A stretch of DNA of 64,000 bases from Lophium mytilinum (lineage: Eukaryota). Below the pieces are notes generated by a model, which worked only from the letters and a program-made list of their open reading frames with translations, was not told the origin of the DNA and ran no database searches. The DNA lies in NCBI GenBank assembly GCA_010093605.1, contig MU004182.1:2713195-2777194 (forward strand), written 5' to 3'. The position numbers and the translations under genes are program-made. Shown in pieces: positions 48,932 to 60,319 of this stretch (the stretch's first letter is position 1; each line of letters begins with the position of its first letter).

Positions 48932-48995
48932 AATCACTTCCACGCAGAATCACTTCCACGGAGAGCCACTTCCACGAAGAATCACTTTCACGAAG
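48932..48995. repeat. 4 x 16-bp tandem repeat upstream of F-box-like gene 1
   Basis: aatcacttccacgcag / aatcacttccacggag / agccacttccacgaag / aatcactttcacgaag. Confidence 0.9.
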
Positions 48996-49152
48996 AGTTC
49001 GTCGGTGAACATGGAGCAGGATGAGCAGAAAAACCGGTCTTTGTAACTGGATGCTGTGTCATTAAACCTCCACAATCGACCACCCCACCTCCATATTAAG
49101 ACCTCCATCGTCTAAGCTCTTCGACTAAGACATCTTCCAGCCTTGAGACAAA

Positions 49153-50448
49153 ATGGCAGACCAACTACCTGCTGAATTGACCCAAGAGGTTTTTCGCTTT
49201 TTGGAGAACTTTGTGCCAAACGAGCGGATCGATATCTTGGATGCTGAATCTGTTGAAGCCATTAAGAACACTCGTCTTCAATCCCGGTTCTGGAGCCAGA
49301 ATGGATGGAGAACGTTTGGTAAGGTCTTGGGACAAGCACCGTTTTTCGCTACCAAGGTTAGCATGGCGGAGCTGGATGAGTTCTCCCAAATCCCCGCGGT
49401 CGGCGAGCGTCTGACTACGCTGACATTTTGCGGAATGGGGTCCAGGAACTTACTATTCCAGAACCCCGAACTAGATCTCGAAGACCGGCGAACGAAGGAC
49501 TTCGTGGCATGCCATGCTGCCCAAATCAGCTACACCACTAGCAGCCGCCCATATTCTTCCTCGGCACAGACCCTGACGTCTGAGTTCGAGAAAGACCTGG
49601 CGAGAATCTTGCCTCGCTTTCCCAACCTCAGGCACCTCCGATACCTACCTGCGGTCGAGGGTCACCTGAAAGGCTACAGGTGGTCAGACGTGCCGTCCGA
49701 TGGCCTTTACATTCCCGAGGGCACGGAGGACTATCGGCCGTTGATTCTGGACCGCATCGCCAAGGTGCTCGTCCACAACAACATCCGCCTCGAGTCCTTC
49801 TCCGGCCCCTTAAAAGGCAACACCAACCCCAACCGCGACGCGGTGCCCGCCTCCCTCTTCAGATTTTGCACACAAAGCGAGCCTCTCGCTCGCATGCTGA
49901 ACACGGTGCAAACGCTGGCCATCAACCTCCGTTTTGAGAACGACAACTCCCCCAACCACGACAACGAGGCCTCCAACATCGGACACCTCCTGCAAAGCCT
50001 CCACAGCGCGCGGACGTTGGAACTAGCCTGCTCCAACACCGACGACGCCGAGCCTCTCTGGACCCAGCTCCACCTCGCGGCCTCCCTCACGGAGCTCCGC
50101 GTCTCCTTCACGGCTGCCGACAGCGTCGACGGCCACTCCATGGTTGCCGCACTCCGTAGCCTGCCGAATCTGCGACGTCTCGCACTCGGCTACGTCAATC
50201 TGGCGGACGAGATGGAGTGGGACTGGGTCTTCGAGCTCTTCCGAACCACCCTGAACCTCGACAAGCTGCTGCTTGTGGAACCGCTCGAGTTCGGCGCGCC
50301 GTCGAGGATCGATTGGAACTCGGCGGGGCGGGTGGATGAGTACCCGGCGCTTAACGAGGCGGCGGGGGAGGTCAAGGTGGTGCAGGATCGGAGGGGGCAG
50401 CTCGGGTGGCCGCCGAGTGATTACTTGGCGTTCAGGAATTTCGAGTAG
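49153..50448 (+). CDS. F-box-like / RNI-like LRR protein, paralog 1
   Basis: LPAELTQEVFRFL..IKNTRLQSRFW F-box-like start. LxxLxL repeats (FPNLRHLRY, LTELRV, LPNLRRLAL). Intronless. Confidence 0.8.
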   Translation: MADQLPAELTQEVFRFLENFVPNERIDILDAESVEAIKNTRLQSRFWSQNGWRTFGKVLGQAPFFATKVSMAELDEFSQIPAVGERLTTLTFCGMGSRNLLFQNPELDLEDRRTKDFVACHAAQISYTTSSRPYSSSAQTLTSEFEKDLARILPRFPNLRHLRYLPAVEGHLKGYRWSDVPSDGLYIPEGTEDYRPLILDRIAKVLVHNNIRLESFSGPLKGNTNPNRDAVPASLFRFCTQSEPLARMLNTVQTLAINLRFENDNSPNHDNEASNIGHLLQSLHSARTLELACSNTDDAEPLWTQLHLAASLTELRVSFTAADSVDGHSMVAALRSLPNLRRLALGYVNLADEMEWDWVFELFRTTLNLDKLLLVEPLEFGAPSRIDWNSAGRVDEYPALNEAAGEVKVVQDRRGQLGWPPSDYLAFRNFE

Positions 50449-50755
50449 GTGGATTGGAGGGTAGGGGTTTCATTGGATTGGAACTGCGACGTTCTTTTAC
50501 GCGATGATTTGAGCATTGAGTTCTTCGAATGTGCGCTGATTTACCCATAGTTGAATGTTGAATGTCAATATTTAGACCAAAAATGTATGAAATGACTGAG
50601 TGTTGGCGATTTCCGCAAGTTTTTCTTTTTGTGTGACCTAGCGTGATATTCGTACAATATAGTACAATGATGAATAAGTCGAGTTTCTTTGTATAGTGAA
50701 AGTCTTTGCGACATATCGAGAAAGAAGTCGAGAATTTTAATAGTAGATAGCAGCC

Positions 50756-53084
50756 TCACCAGCCGCGAGCAAGCATCGGATTCCAATCCATCGCAGTCCA
50801 ATCCAGCTGGTTCATATCAAAGTCCATCATCGGCTGGCCGGGTATATCCGTGTAACCTTTGAACCCCGAACCCATGGCGCACTGCGCCTCCAACCCGTAC
50901 ATCAAGCCATAGCCGCCAAAATCCATTGGCACAGGCATTACGAGGTTGTCGACATTCCGGCCCGGCGCATCGTGGGACTGCTCTACGTTGCTGTATTGTG
51001 GGTTTGACAGAATCAGCCGCGCTCGGCTTTTGATGCTCGACACGATCCGCGGCTGCTCCAGCGGCGGCTGCTCCAATTGCTTCGAGGCTGCTTGGCGTGC
51101 CTCCCAGGCTTGGAGCACGATCTTGGAGAACACTTTGAAGATGGGGTTGTCGTCGTCTACGTTTATGAAACGGGCCTCGTAGTTCTCGCTCATGACCTCC
51201 CAGGCCTTTTCGTCGTGCTGCCCGAGTGGCCGTCTCTTCATGTGTTCCAGCAAGTGAAAGTACGCGGGGGCCGGGAAGTACAAGTGAATAAGCCAGAGAT
51301 AGCCTTTGGTTAGGGGGGAAGTTATGAGCTTCGTATCGCACTCGAGCATGCGCAGCGCATGGGAAACGGCAGCGTTGCGCTGCGCGTCCGCCTGCTGTAC
51401 TGACGGCTCGGAGTGTTTTGAATAATTTTCGATGAGCCGGCTTTTCGCGAGACATTCGCGAGTTGTCCAAATAGTCATGAAGTGAAGCGGATTTTCAGGA
51501 TTGCAGCTTTTCAGGTATCGGTCCTCGAGCATGTTTTCCAGGGTGTCCAGCTCGCCTTCCTCTGGGACAGACCCGTTTTTGATGTTTTTAGCTATTCCCT
51601 TCAAGGCTGGATTGGTGAAGTCGAGATGGAAGGCGCTTTGGCGGATGAATTCGTACAGCTCACTCCGCACGACGGCAAAGATCGCCTCGGTGGGTTTTCC
51701 GTGCACTGCTGGCGGGTTCTTCATTTCTGATCGGAGATCGAAATCATCCACGTTGAGGGGTGTCCTGCAGTCCCAAGCCGGGGTCAACATTGTAGACTTG
51801 GAATCCGACATCTCGCAAACGCGGTTATCAAAGACGATTAGTGACCACCAGAGTCTTCGGCGCATCTCGGCCTCGAGAGCTGTGTACTTGGAATAGGCGG
51901 ATTCGTTGTGGATGCCCATGCGTTGTGCAATACGCATGGCAGCCCCCAGCATCGAGGATAATGAGCGGGGGTCTGTGTCGGACCTAACGGAGATCTAGAG
52001 GCGTTAGATATATGGTTCGAAACAACAACCCTATAGGCTTACTAGGTAAAGATACAATGCTGTCAAGCAGTCGTGATCGCTAGACCGTAGGAATTCACAG
52101 TTCAAGAGAGCTTGCTGACATCCAAAGCGGTAGCTTGCAAGAAGCTCTTTTCTTGACGACCCGAATAAGTTCTGGCATTCATCTTCGACGAGACTTGTTA
52201 CGGATATACAATATATACTAAACATAAGCGCCTCCGAAGTAGGACTGATGTTCGCCACGTCACTAGCAGCGTCGATGATGCGGGATTGTAGGGTGGGGGT
52301 ATGCGTAACTTTGAGTAGGGGGTTGGCGTTCTCCAGATAGATTTGCCACAGTCTGAAAATCTGGACCTGTGTCGGATGGAGGGTAGAGAGACTGACGCTT
52401 GTCTTGCGTGAACCAAACAAAAGGAGATCGTTGCCTTCGGATAGGCGATCCCACGACTTCTTCACCACAGCCGCGTGCATACCGTCGTGGGAGGAATCGC
52501 TATTGTCGCTGCTATCGCTATCGCCTCCGTGCCCTTTGAAATCTTGAGACTGTTTGGTAGTGTCAGTGAAGCCTCCAGTCATCCTCCATTTCTACCGTAC
52601 CCTTTGATTCATCGCGTGCCAGAAATTTCTTTGGGAATATTAGCTATCGTGGTCTATGCTGTTTAAGGAACGCGTACTTGGGCTCATATACTGTTTCGGA
52701 CTTGACGATCGTATTCTTCGGTCGGTCTGCCGTCGCAGCTCGGCCTGCTAACAGCACTTCATCTGCAGAGTCATAGCTTTTTCCATCTAAGCTGGGAGAC
52801 GGCTTTTCGTCGATAGAGGCGTGCAGAGGCTCGAACTTGATGTTGTTCTGCCGGAGCAGACCCTCGTAGTCGCGGAGACGCTCCAAGAGCTCCCGTTCAG
52901 GGAATCTGCGCCGCCGATGGCGTGGGGCCAGCGTCGCGGGCACACATTGCGCGCCGGCTTTCTCGCAATTGGTACAGGGGAACTTGCGGTTGCACTTGAC
53001 TTTGCGCTGCTGACAAAGCACACACGCAAGCACCCGCTGCGACTTTGCAGCTACTCGCGAGGACGTAAGATTCGAGTCTGCCAT
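50756..53084 (-). CDS. Zn(II)2Cys6 transcription factor with fungal-specific middle domain; 4 exons
   Basis: ACVLCQQRKVKCNRKFPCTNCEKAGAQC. AMRIAQRMGIH..EMRRRLWW. Introns 52629-52677, 52550-52600 and 51995-52042 keep the frame. Confidence 0.93.
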
Positions 53085-53381
53085 GTCTAGGAAAGTGTGA
53101 GTAGATAGCTCGATGTATATCTTGGAAGGAAGGGAGGTTGGCATAGACATCAGCTCTGAGATACCAAAGCACTTGGGAAGGGTATGCTGCCACATGAAGG
53201 CGGCCATTACTACAAGTCAATATTGCTGAACCAAGAGCCAGCCGAATCATGATTGATGAAGAAAGGAATCTGACATAAAGAAAATGGCACCGAGCTTGGC
53301 TCAAAGTATTGCACTCACCACTATCCTGGTTTCTTGAGATAACCCACTAATGATCGCTCCCGGGGAATGGGCAGGCTGTCG

Positions 53382-53793
53382 CGGGCTTTTGAAGTGTCCG
53401 AGAGGAGGAGGCAGCGCCGGGCGAGTCTAAGTAACCCTAAGGTGGAGAAAAGCATTAGCCAAGGCGCCAATGACTCAGCAATGGCGTGCCAATTAAGGGG
53501 GCCGCGCAGCTCGGGCTTTTGTATTCCCCGAAGGCAACGACCTCATCAGCTTTCCTATAGCACGAATATAGCTACAGTGACAGAGCCAACGCCGACGAAA
53601 GATGTCGCGCCAGCTCAAACCAGTTCTACTCACAACAGCCGGAAGAAAAGACTATCATCGCGCAGGCACTGTTACTGTTGAAAGCACAGCAGACAGGACA
53701 GCTTTTTTCTCTCGGGTTTATAGAACTGTCCGTCGATGAATCGGTATGGCCATAGAGAGATGTACTGTCAATTCGGGCTTTTCTATGTCCCGA
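53382..53793. promoter_or_regulatory. Repeated CGG-N13-CCG sites (candidate Zn2Cys6 binding sites) plus a TGACTCA element in the divergent promoter
   Basis: CGGGCTTTT-N7-CCGA at 53382, 53512 and 53774. N14 variant at 53713. TGACTCA at 53471-53477. Confidence 0.65.
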
Positions 53794-53929
53794 ATACAGC
53801 AAAGTAAGACTAACCGTTGTAGAATCGATATGGCTTCAAAAGGAAGACCCGCCACTTTGGATCAACATCTCTCTAGGTAGCATCCATATCAAATATTTTA
53901 TCGTCTCTCCTTCATTCCACATTCCTTCA

Positions 53930-55700
53930 ATGTCTTCCACACACTCAGCGCCATCCACGCAAGATGCGTCCAAGCCACCGCCACCGGTCCAAGAAGACAA
54001 CGAGAACGCAGACTGCGAACGAAACTACCAGCCCAAGTCCCTCAAGTTTTGGCTCATCATAGGGGGAATGTATGCGGCTATTTTCCTCGTCGCTCTGGAC
54101 CGAATGATCATTGCTACGGCTATCCCGCACATCACCGACGAATTCCACTCCATTGAGGACATTGGCTGGTACGGCGGCGCCTACATGTTAACGTGTGCAA
54201 TCTTCATTCCCTTCTCCGGCCGCATATATCAGCTCTATTCGACGAAATGGGTGTACCTTCTCTCTATCAGCATCTTTGAGGTTGGCTCTGCTTTGTGTGG
54301 CGCTGCTCCCAGCTCCATCGCCTTCATAATTGGACGCGCCATTGCAGGCATAGGCGCTGCGGGCATTTTCAGCGGCGGTATCATGATTATGGTTCCCCTC
54401 GTGCCACTCCGCAAACGGCCAATCTTCAATTCGTTCTTCGGCATGGCTTTTGGCGTCTCGTCAGTGCTGGGCCCTCTCGTTGGTGGCAGCTTTGCCGACA
54501 GCAGGTAACCAAGCCCTTCCACCAAAATCCACGGTCGCTAGAATCTCTATACTGACTGCTCCTAGCAAATTGACATGGCGATGGTGTTTCTACATCAACC
54601 TGCCAATCGGCGGCTTCACCATCATAGCTATGCTGCTCTTCCTGCACCTCGAATCTCCACCCCGCGAGAAACTCTCCCTATTCGCCCAAATGAAACTTCT
54701 TGACCCCCTAGGCCTCCTATTTCTCGTCCCATCCATGGTCTGCCTCATCCTAGCTCTCCAATGGGGCGGCTCAACCTACTCCTGGTCGGCGCCTCGCATT
54801 ATAGTCCTCCTTACCATCTTCGCCATTACCTTTTTACTTTTCCTCGCCGTAGAAGTCCTCACCCCTTCTACTGCCATGGCCCCCACCCGCGTCGTTCTCA
54901 ACCGCTCCGTCGCCGGCAGCATGCTCTTCATGTTCCTCCTCTCCGGCGGCCTCATGGCCATCGTTTACTACCTCTCTATCTGGTTCCAAGCTGCGCAGGG
55001 CCATTCCGCAATGCAAGCCGGCATCCGTACCACGCCCCTCGTCCTCTCCCTTGTTATCTTCGGAATCGTCGCCGCCCTCGTCACCGAGAAACTCGGCTAC
55101 TACGTCCCCGTTATGCTGTGCGGCCCCGTTCTCTGCGCCGTCGGTGCCGGCATGCTCTCCACCCTCAAGCCGGGCGCGGGCAGCGGGCAGTGGATCAGCT
55201 ACCAGGTCATCTACGGCGTAGGTATCGGGTGCGGTTTCTCGATTGCCAATCTGGGACCCCAGGTTGCGTTGCCGCGCGCGGATGTGCCGCTAGGGATGGC
55301 GATGATGTTTTTCACGCAACAGATTGGGGGCGCGGTGTTCCTCGCTGTGTCACAGAACTTGTTTTCGCATCAGCTGGTTGAGAGGCTCAATGGGATTGCG
55401 GGGCTGGATACGAAGGCGATTGTTAATACAGGTGCGACTGCGTTGGGTAGTATTGTACCGCCGAGCGAGCTGGGGACGGTTATTCGGGCGTATAGCTATG
55501 CGTTGACTAGGGTGTTTATTCTGAGCGCGGCGCTTAGTGCTTGTATGATACTAGGGGCTTTAATGGTGGAGTGGAAGAGTATCAAGGCTGAGAAGAGCGC
55601 GACGAAGAAGGATGTGGAGGCTGGGTTGGGGGAGGGGAAGAGTGAGGCTGGCAAAGGGATAGAGAAGTCGGGAGAGATTGGGGAGAAGGAGCTGTCTTAG
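53930..55700 (+). CDS. MFS drug/toxin efflux pump (DHA2, 14-TMS type); 2 exons
   Basis: FLVALDRMIIATAIPHITDEF, GSALCGAAP, GRAIAGIG, LGPLVGG and WRWCFYINLPIGG. Intron 54505-54565. Confidence 0.95.
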
Positions 55701-56263
55701 TAGTAGGAAGTATGGCCGATAGAGGCGCATAGTCATTTAGGTGACGATTTTCTTACAAAAGAAAGAGATTGAAAGATCTGACATTGTATGTAGATTGCCT
55801 TTACCGTATAAAGGGAACAACATATATATATCATACTGGTGAGCATCCACTCCCCGGAATCTTAAGCTGTACTACTCTCTTTGTTTGTGAATACTTGTCA
55901 CATTATCTACGTACTCTAAAGCCAGGTTCTCTATACTCAATCATTCCGTCAGGAGCAAACCAGCGAATTCAGACGTTCCGCGAACGCATTGTACATACAT
56001 GGACATTTGCCTTTCCTAGCTTTACTCATCTACACTGACCATCCGCTATGCGCGGTGCGTTGTACAGAACAGATTGTCAACGCTCGAATAGGGAGGGGAT
56101 GCTCATACGCATTCACGGACCACATTGAACCTCATATTAACAACGGAACATATAAGGTCTATAAATGTCTCTCGTAAACTTTCCCACTAACAAGCACTTC
56201 TACCCCCTATTCCGACCACCCCCATCTCACCTTCCCACAAGAACGATTTTCGAACAGCACGCA

Positions 56264-56714
56264 ATGGAGGTGACCAATGAGACGCCACTGCCTTTCATCC
56301 CCCCTGATCTCTACCAAGGAATCATCGTCGACATGGAAAATTACATGGGTAACGAGCGTATCGATATTTTGACGGAGGAATCGATGATTATAATTCGGCA
56401 GGCTCGTTTGGTGTCTTCGGCTTGGGAGGATTCGGCTTGGAAGTCTTTCGCAAAGGGGGTCGGCAAACGCACCATTCTTTGCTACCCGCGAGGGCATCAG
56501 TGACCTACATCGTCTATCTCAGACAAAGTTTGTGAAATGGCTTGATACGCTTACAATCTGTGGCAAGATGTTCTTGCCAGTGCCCATGAAGTTCTTCGAA
56601 AGACCATCGAACAGCGATATTGGACAAATAGATTGTTGGGAGTCGCAGCAGCGGTACAGGGAGTCTTGCTACTTTAGCCCTCGCCCTAGCCTGCTAGAGC
56701 CTCGTTGGATCTAA
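56264..56714 (+). pseudogene. Frameshifted, 3'-truncated third copy of the F-box-like family
   Basis: ENYMGNERIDILTEESMIIIRQARL..AWKSFAKGVG, frameshift near 56468, then APFFATREGISDL..WLDTLTICGK. Aligns with both intact paralogs. Confidence 0.85.
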
Positions 56715-57128
56715 CTGCAAGCTTGTTTGGATCATTTGAGGGTAAATGAACGATGCGGCTAATTGCAGATATATCAAGGTTGTTTCTGTTTCTTTGTTCA
56801 CTACCTTACCGACCAGAAACGCTACTATGCTCCGTGGGCCATTTATCAGTGAAAATGATTTCAGTACGCTCCATTGCCGCAGGTTTCACCGTGAAGTGAA
56901 CGCGACCCCGTCTTGGCAACCGCACCTGTAGAGGATCCACCGTGATGTCTCCGTAGTGAAAGTAGTACGCCGCATATAAAGACCTACTCTACAACAACGT
57001 CCGTTCTTTCTTCATCAACTCGCAGACACCTTCAATCAACACCAGCACCACCACCACCGTCACCAGTATTCCCGGCCTGATCTCATATCTCTAAGAACTA
57101 TAAGCATCTTTAACTTTAATCTCCAACC

Positions 57129-58589
57129 ATGGCAGAAACTTTTGGCCCCCAACTCCCGGTCGAGCTTGCCGAGCAGGTAATATTCGGCTTGGAAGAGTAC
57201 GTTCCCCATGAACGTTTGACTCTCCTTACCTCCGAATCCATCAAGAACATCAAGAACGCCCGACTCCAAGGCTCCGCCTGGCGCTTTGCCGCCTGGCGGT
57301 CGTTCGCGAAGATCATCGGGCAGACTCCCTTTCATCCCACTCGAGCCAGCATGCAAGAGCTGGAGAATCTTTCAAAACTCCCAGATCTTTGCGTGTGGGT
57401 TGAAACTCTCACGTTCTCTGGAAAGGCCTTTCGACGCCAAATTGGCTGGAACGAGCTGGAAGAAGCCGTTCACTCAGAGGATCCCGACATCGTGTCGCAT
57501 CAAGCGGCCCAGGAAGACCAGTTCCTCTACGTTACTGGACTTCGCCAACGAGTTCGCCAACAGCGCTATTATAGAGCGCGACCACAACCCGAGATGACGG
57601 AGTTTGAGCAGGATCTCGCGAGGATTCTGGCGCGATTTCCAAATCTCAAACATCTGCGCTATGTACGGAGCGTTAAAGGCCATCTCAAAGGCTGGTCGGG
57701 AGTAGCGACGCTCTCCCCCAAAGGGTTCTACATGGAAGAGGGCAAGTCATGCGAGGAGGGCGGTACAGAGGGACTCTTCAAGCTGTCGATACTAAATAGG
57801 GTAGCCAAGGCCCTCGCTTTCGCCGGGGTGAAGATCGAATCGCTCACTACTCCGTTTATGGGGAAGGAAGAGCCGGAGAGGAACGCATTGGTGGATGCCA
57901 ACTTGGTCCTCTTTAGTGCTAGCCAACCACTCGCGGGCATGTTGCGCAATTTGCATACCTTGGCGATCAACTTCAATTACGGTGAAGTTGACTCACTGGA
58001 TTTGAGCAACGTCCTCTCCAACCTCCACAGCGTCCGCACCCTCGAGCTCGCGATATCGAATACCACGCCATGTCAGGGGCCGCGGTCGCGGAAGCCAATG
58101 AAAGACATATGGGCTACCTTCAAGGCTGCCCAAATGATAGACCCGCGAACCGGGATCTCAGAGTCTCCGCAATCACTTGCAAATCTCGAAGAGTTACGAG
58201 TTTCTTTCACGACTGCAGACCTTATGGACGGGGAGAAGATGGTGGGAGCCCTTCGGAGGCTGCCAAAGCTCCGCCGTCTCGCTTTGGGATATGCGTGTCT
58301 CGCTACCGCTTATGTGACTCTCGCTACCGCCTCTACGATTCTCGCGCTTGGCCAGCGGCATGACTGGGCCACCATCGCCACGCTCTGTGGGGAGTGGATG
58401 TTGCTAGATAAGCTGTTGTTGATTGAACCCTTGGAGGGTGGAAGCCCGATGGCATACCTAGGTTCAGACGGCGGAGAATTCTTTCTCAATTTGAAGAATG
58501 CTGCGGGGGAGGTGAAAGTTCTACAGGATCAGAATTTTGCCCAGACGGGAAAGCTGGAGCGATACATGTGTTTCCGCGATGTGGAGTAG
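57129..58589 (+). CDS. F-box-like / RNI-like LRR protein, paralog 2
   Basis: Colinear with the 49153 gene: QLPVELAEQV, EFEQDLARILARFPNLKHLRY, GHLKG, LHSVRTLELA, ELRVSFT and AAGEVKV. TATAAA at 56975. Confidence 0.8.
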   Translation: MAETFGPQLPVELAEQVIFGLEEYVPHERLTLLTSESIKNIKNARLQGSAWRFAAWRSFAKIIGQTPFHPTRASMQELENLSKLPDLCVWVETLTFSGKAFRRQIGWNELEEAVHSEDPDIVSHQAAQEDQFLYVTGLRQRVRQQRYYRARPQPEMTEFEQDLARILARFPNLKHLRYVRSVKGHLKGWSGVATLSPKGFYMEEGKSCEEGGTEGLFKLSILNRVAKALAFAGVKIESLTTPFMGKEEPERNALVDANLVLFSASQPLAGMLRNLHTLAINFNYGEVDSLDLSNVLSNLHSVRTLELAISNTTPCQGPRSRKPMKDIWATFKAAQMIDPRTGISESPQSLANLEELRVSFTTADLMDGEKMVGALRRLPKLRRLALGYACLATAYVTLATASTILALGQRHDWATIATLCGEWMLLDKLLLIEPLEGGSPMAYLGSDGGEFFLNLKNAAGEVKVLQDQNFAQTGKLERYMCFRDVE

Positions 58590-59572
58590 TCTGCTCACAT
58601 CGTCTTGGCGTCTGGGTCGGTTCCTTTTCTTACATGACATTTTTGCGAACAGCATGAGCTAAGTGTTCTGCTCTGCGTCGTAAGAATGCTTTGCCGAGGG
58701 ACGTGGCGAATGCCGCCACCTATATGTTTTACATTTGTGGACGGCCTCATCTCATAATACGAGTTAGAAAACTAGATTAAAGAATGAAAAGATGAAACAC
58801 CACTCGATGCCGGACATTGACATGAAGCATCCTCCAGCACTGCAAATTTGATGTCATGAGCCGGCACAGTACGCGGACATAAGTTTGTGCACTCGTTTTT
58901 GCTCTAGGCTTTCAGTACTCTTTCTATAGCCTAGTTTGATGTTAACGCACCCCGAATAATGGCAAAGTGAATCCCTCGGATGCATTGAGATCGTTCATCG
59001 TCGCCGCGTCCTAGACGTCTATAAGTCATCTAGTTCGTCGAATTCGTTCAACCTTCGCACAATAGTTCGACCTCACCACGTACTGTGCCACTAACAAATG
59101 TTGCTGTAGAAACATACTGTTTCCATCCTTATTGTAAGGATAGTTTGATCTACCTTAATAGAAATATAGCACCTAGACCCACACTGTGAATAGCGTGCAG
59201 GCGGCTGCAAGGGTAAATTGCGGTACTGGAAGCTGATGAGCGAAGTTTGATCGGCCGGGATAGCCTATGCAGTGCTATGAAACCTTCAACTACGCAGCAT
59301 TTACGAAACACACTAAGCATAGAATGCGTCTAGGGGCAGTGAGCTCGGAAGCGTGTAAACTAACGGACGGTTCTTAGCAGAATATGCACTAGCCTGTTCC
59401 TAATGTAAACTCCGCCATCGCAATATGAGCCTCGCACTTCGCCCTGACGAACCATGCCAGAATGTCCTCGACGTGAGCGATCTCACCATCGCAGAACTGT
59501 ACAGGTGGAGTACAGACATATGCAGCGGATGCAAGAATCTGTGGCCTGTATACGGTCCTTGCGTTTCTGGGG

Positions 59573-59694
59573 GTTCGGCATGATATAACGATCATGTCTT
59601 CTAGGTCACTCGATGTATTGTACTTTCATCATGTTCGGCATGATACAGCGATCATCTCTTCTAGGTCATCCGATGTATTGTAATTTCATCATGT
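59573..59694. repeat. 60-bp tandem duplication
   Basis: gttcggcatgata..tttcatcat at 59573 and 59633, with few mismatches. Confidence 0.9.
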
Positions 59695-60319
59695 CCAATC
59701 TCAATCCGGTACTCTCAGCATTGAGATATGTGACCAACTTCCACCTTACATTACTTGGTTTTACAGAGCTATGCTAGGTTCTTGTTCTGAATACTGGAAC
59801 GGCTGTTGTAAGTTGTGGCTAAGGACTGTGGGCTTCACTTCACTCAAGCTGCGACTCCGGTAGTTCGATGCCCTGGCGCTTTTTTTTTGTGGTGACGACG
59901 AAGCGCGGCCCATACTACACAAACGGTACGTGGCACTTTCTGATCAGCTGAAATATCAGTGCTACCTCAATATATAGTTCGTTGTATGGCCGATTCTTAC
60001 GTTAACGCCAAAAACTTGCCTCGCTCTTAAACTTAAGTGCCTCCACTTCTCTCTGCGCCTTTCACCCTTTGAGATCATATTGTGATTCACCTTGGACATG
60101 TTTAGAAGGACTATTTACAGCGTATGAGCCCTTTTTCAACCCACACACATCCCTTGCACCGTTGCACACCACCAACCAGTGCAGACCACCAAGTCCTACC
60201 AGTCACCAACTACTATACAGGACCAACCAACCATGCTACTAGGCTCCCTTGGACATAAATCTGCGGCTCCGAATCTGTGATTCTATCCTAAGGTTTCGTA
60301 CGCCCTAGAAGCTGATGGC

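Noticed and set aside
48932..48995. Short repeats as a CRISPR array
   Set aside because: The units are contiguous with no spacers, there are no cas genes, and the context is eukaryotic.
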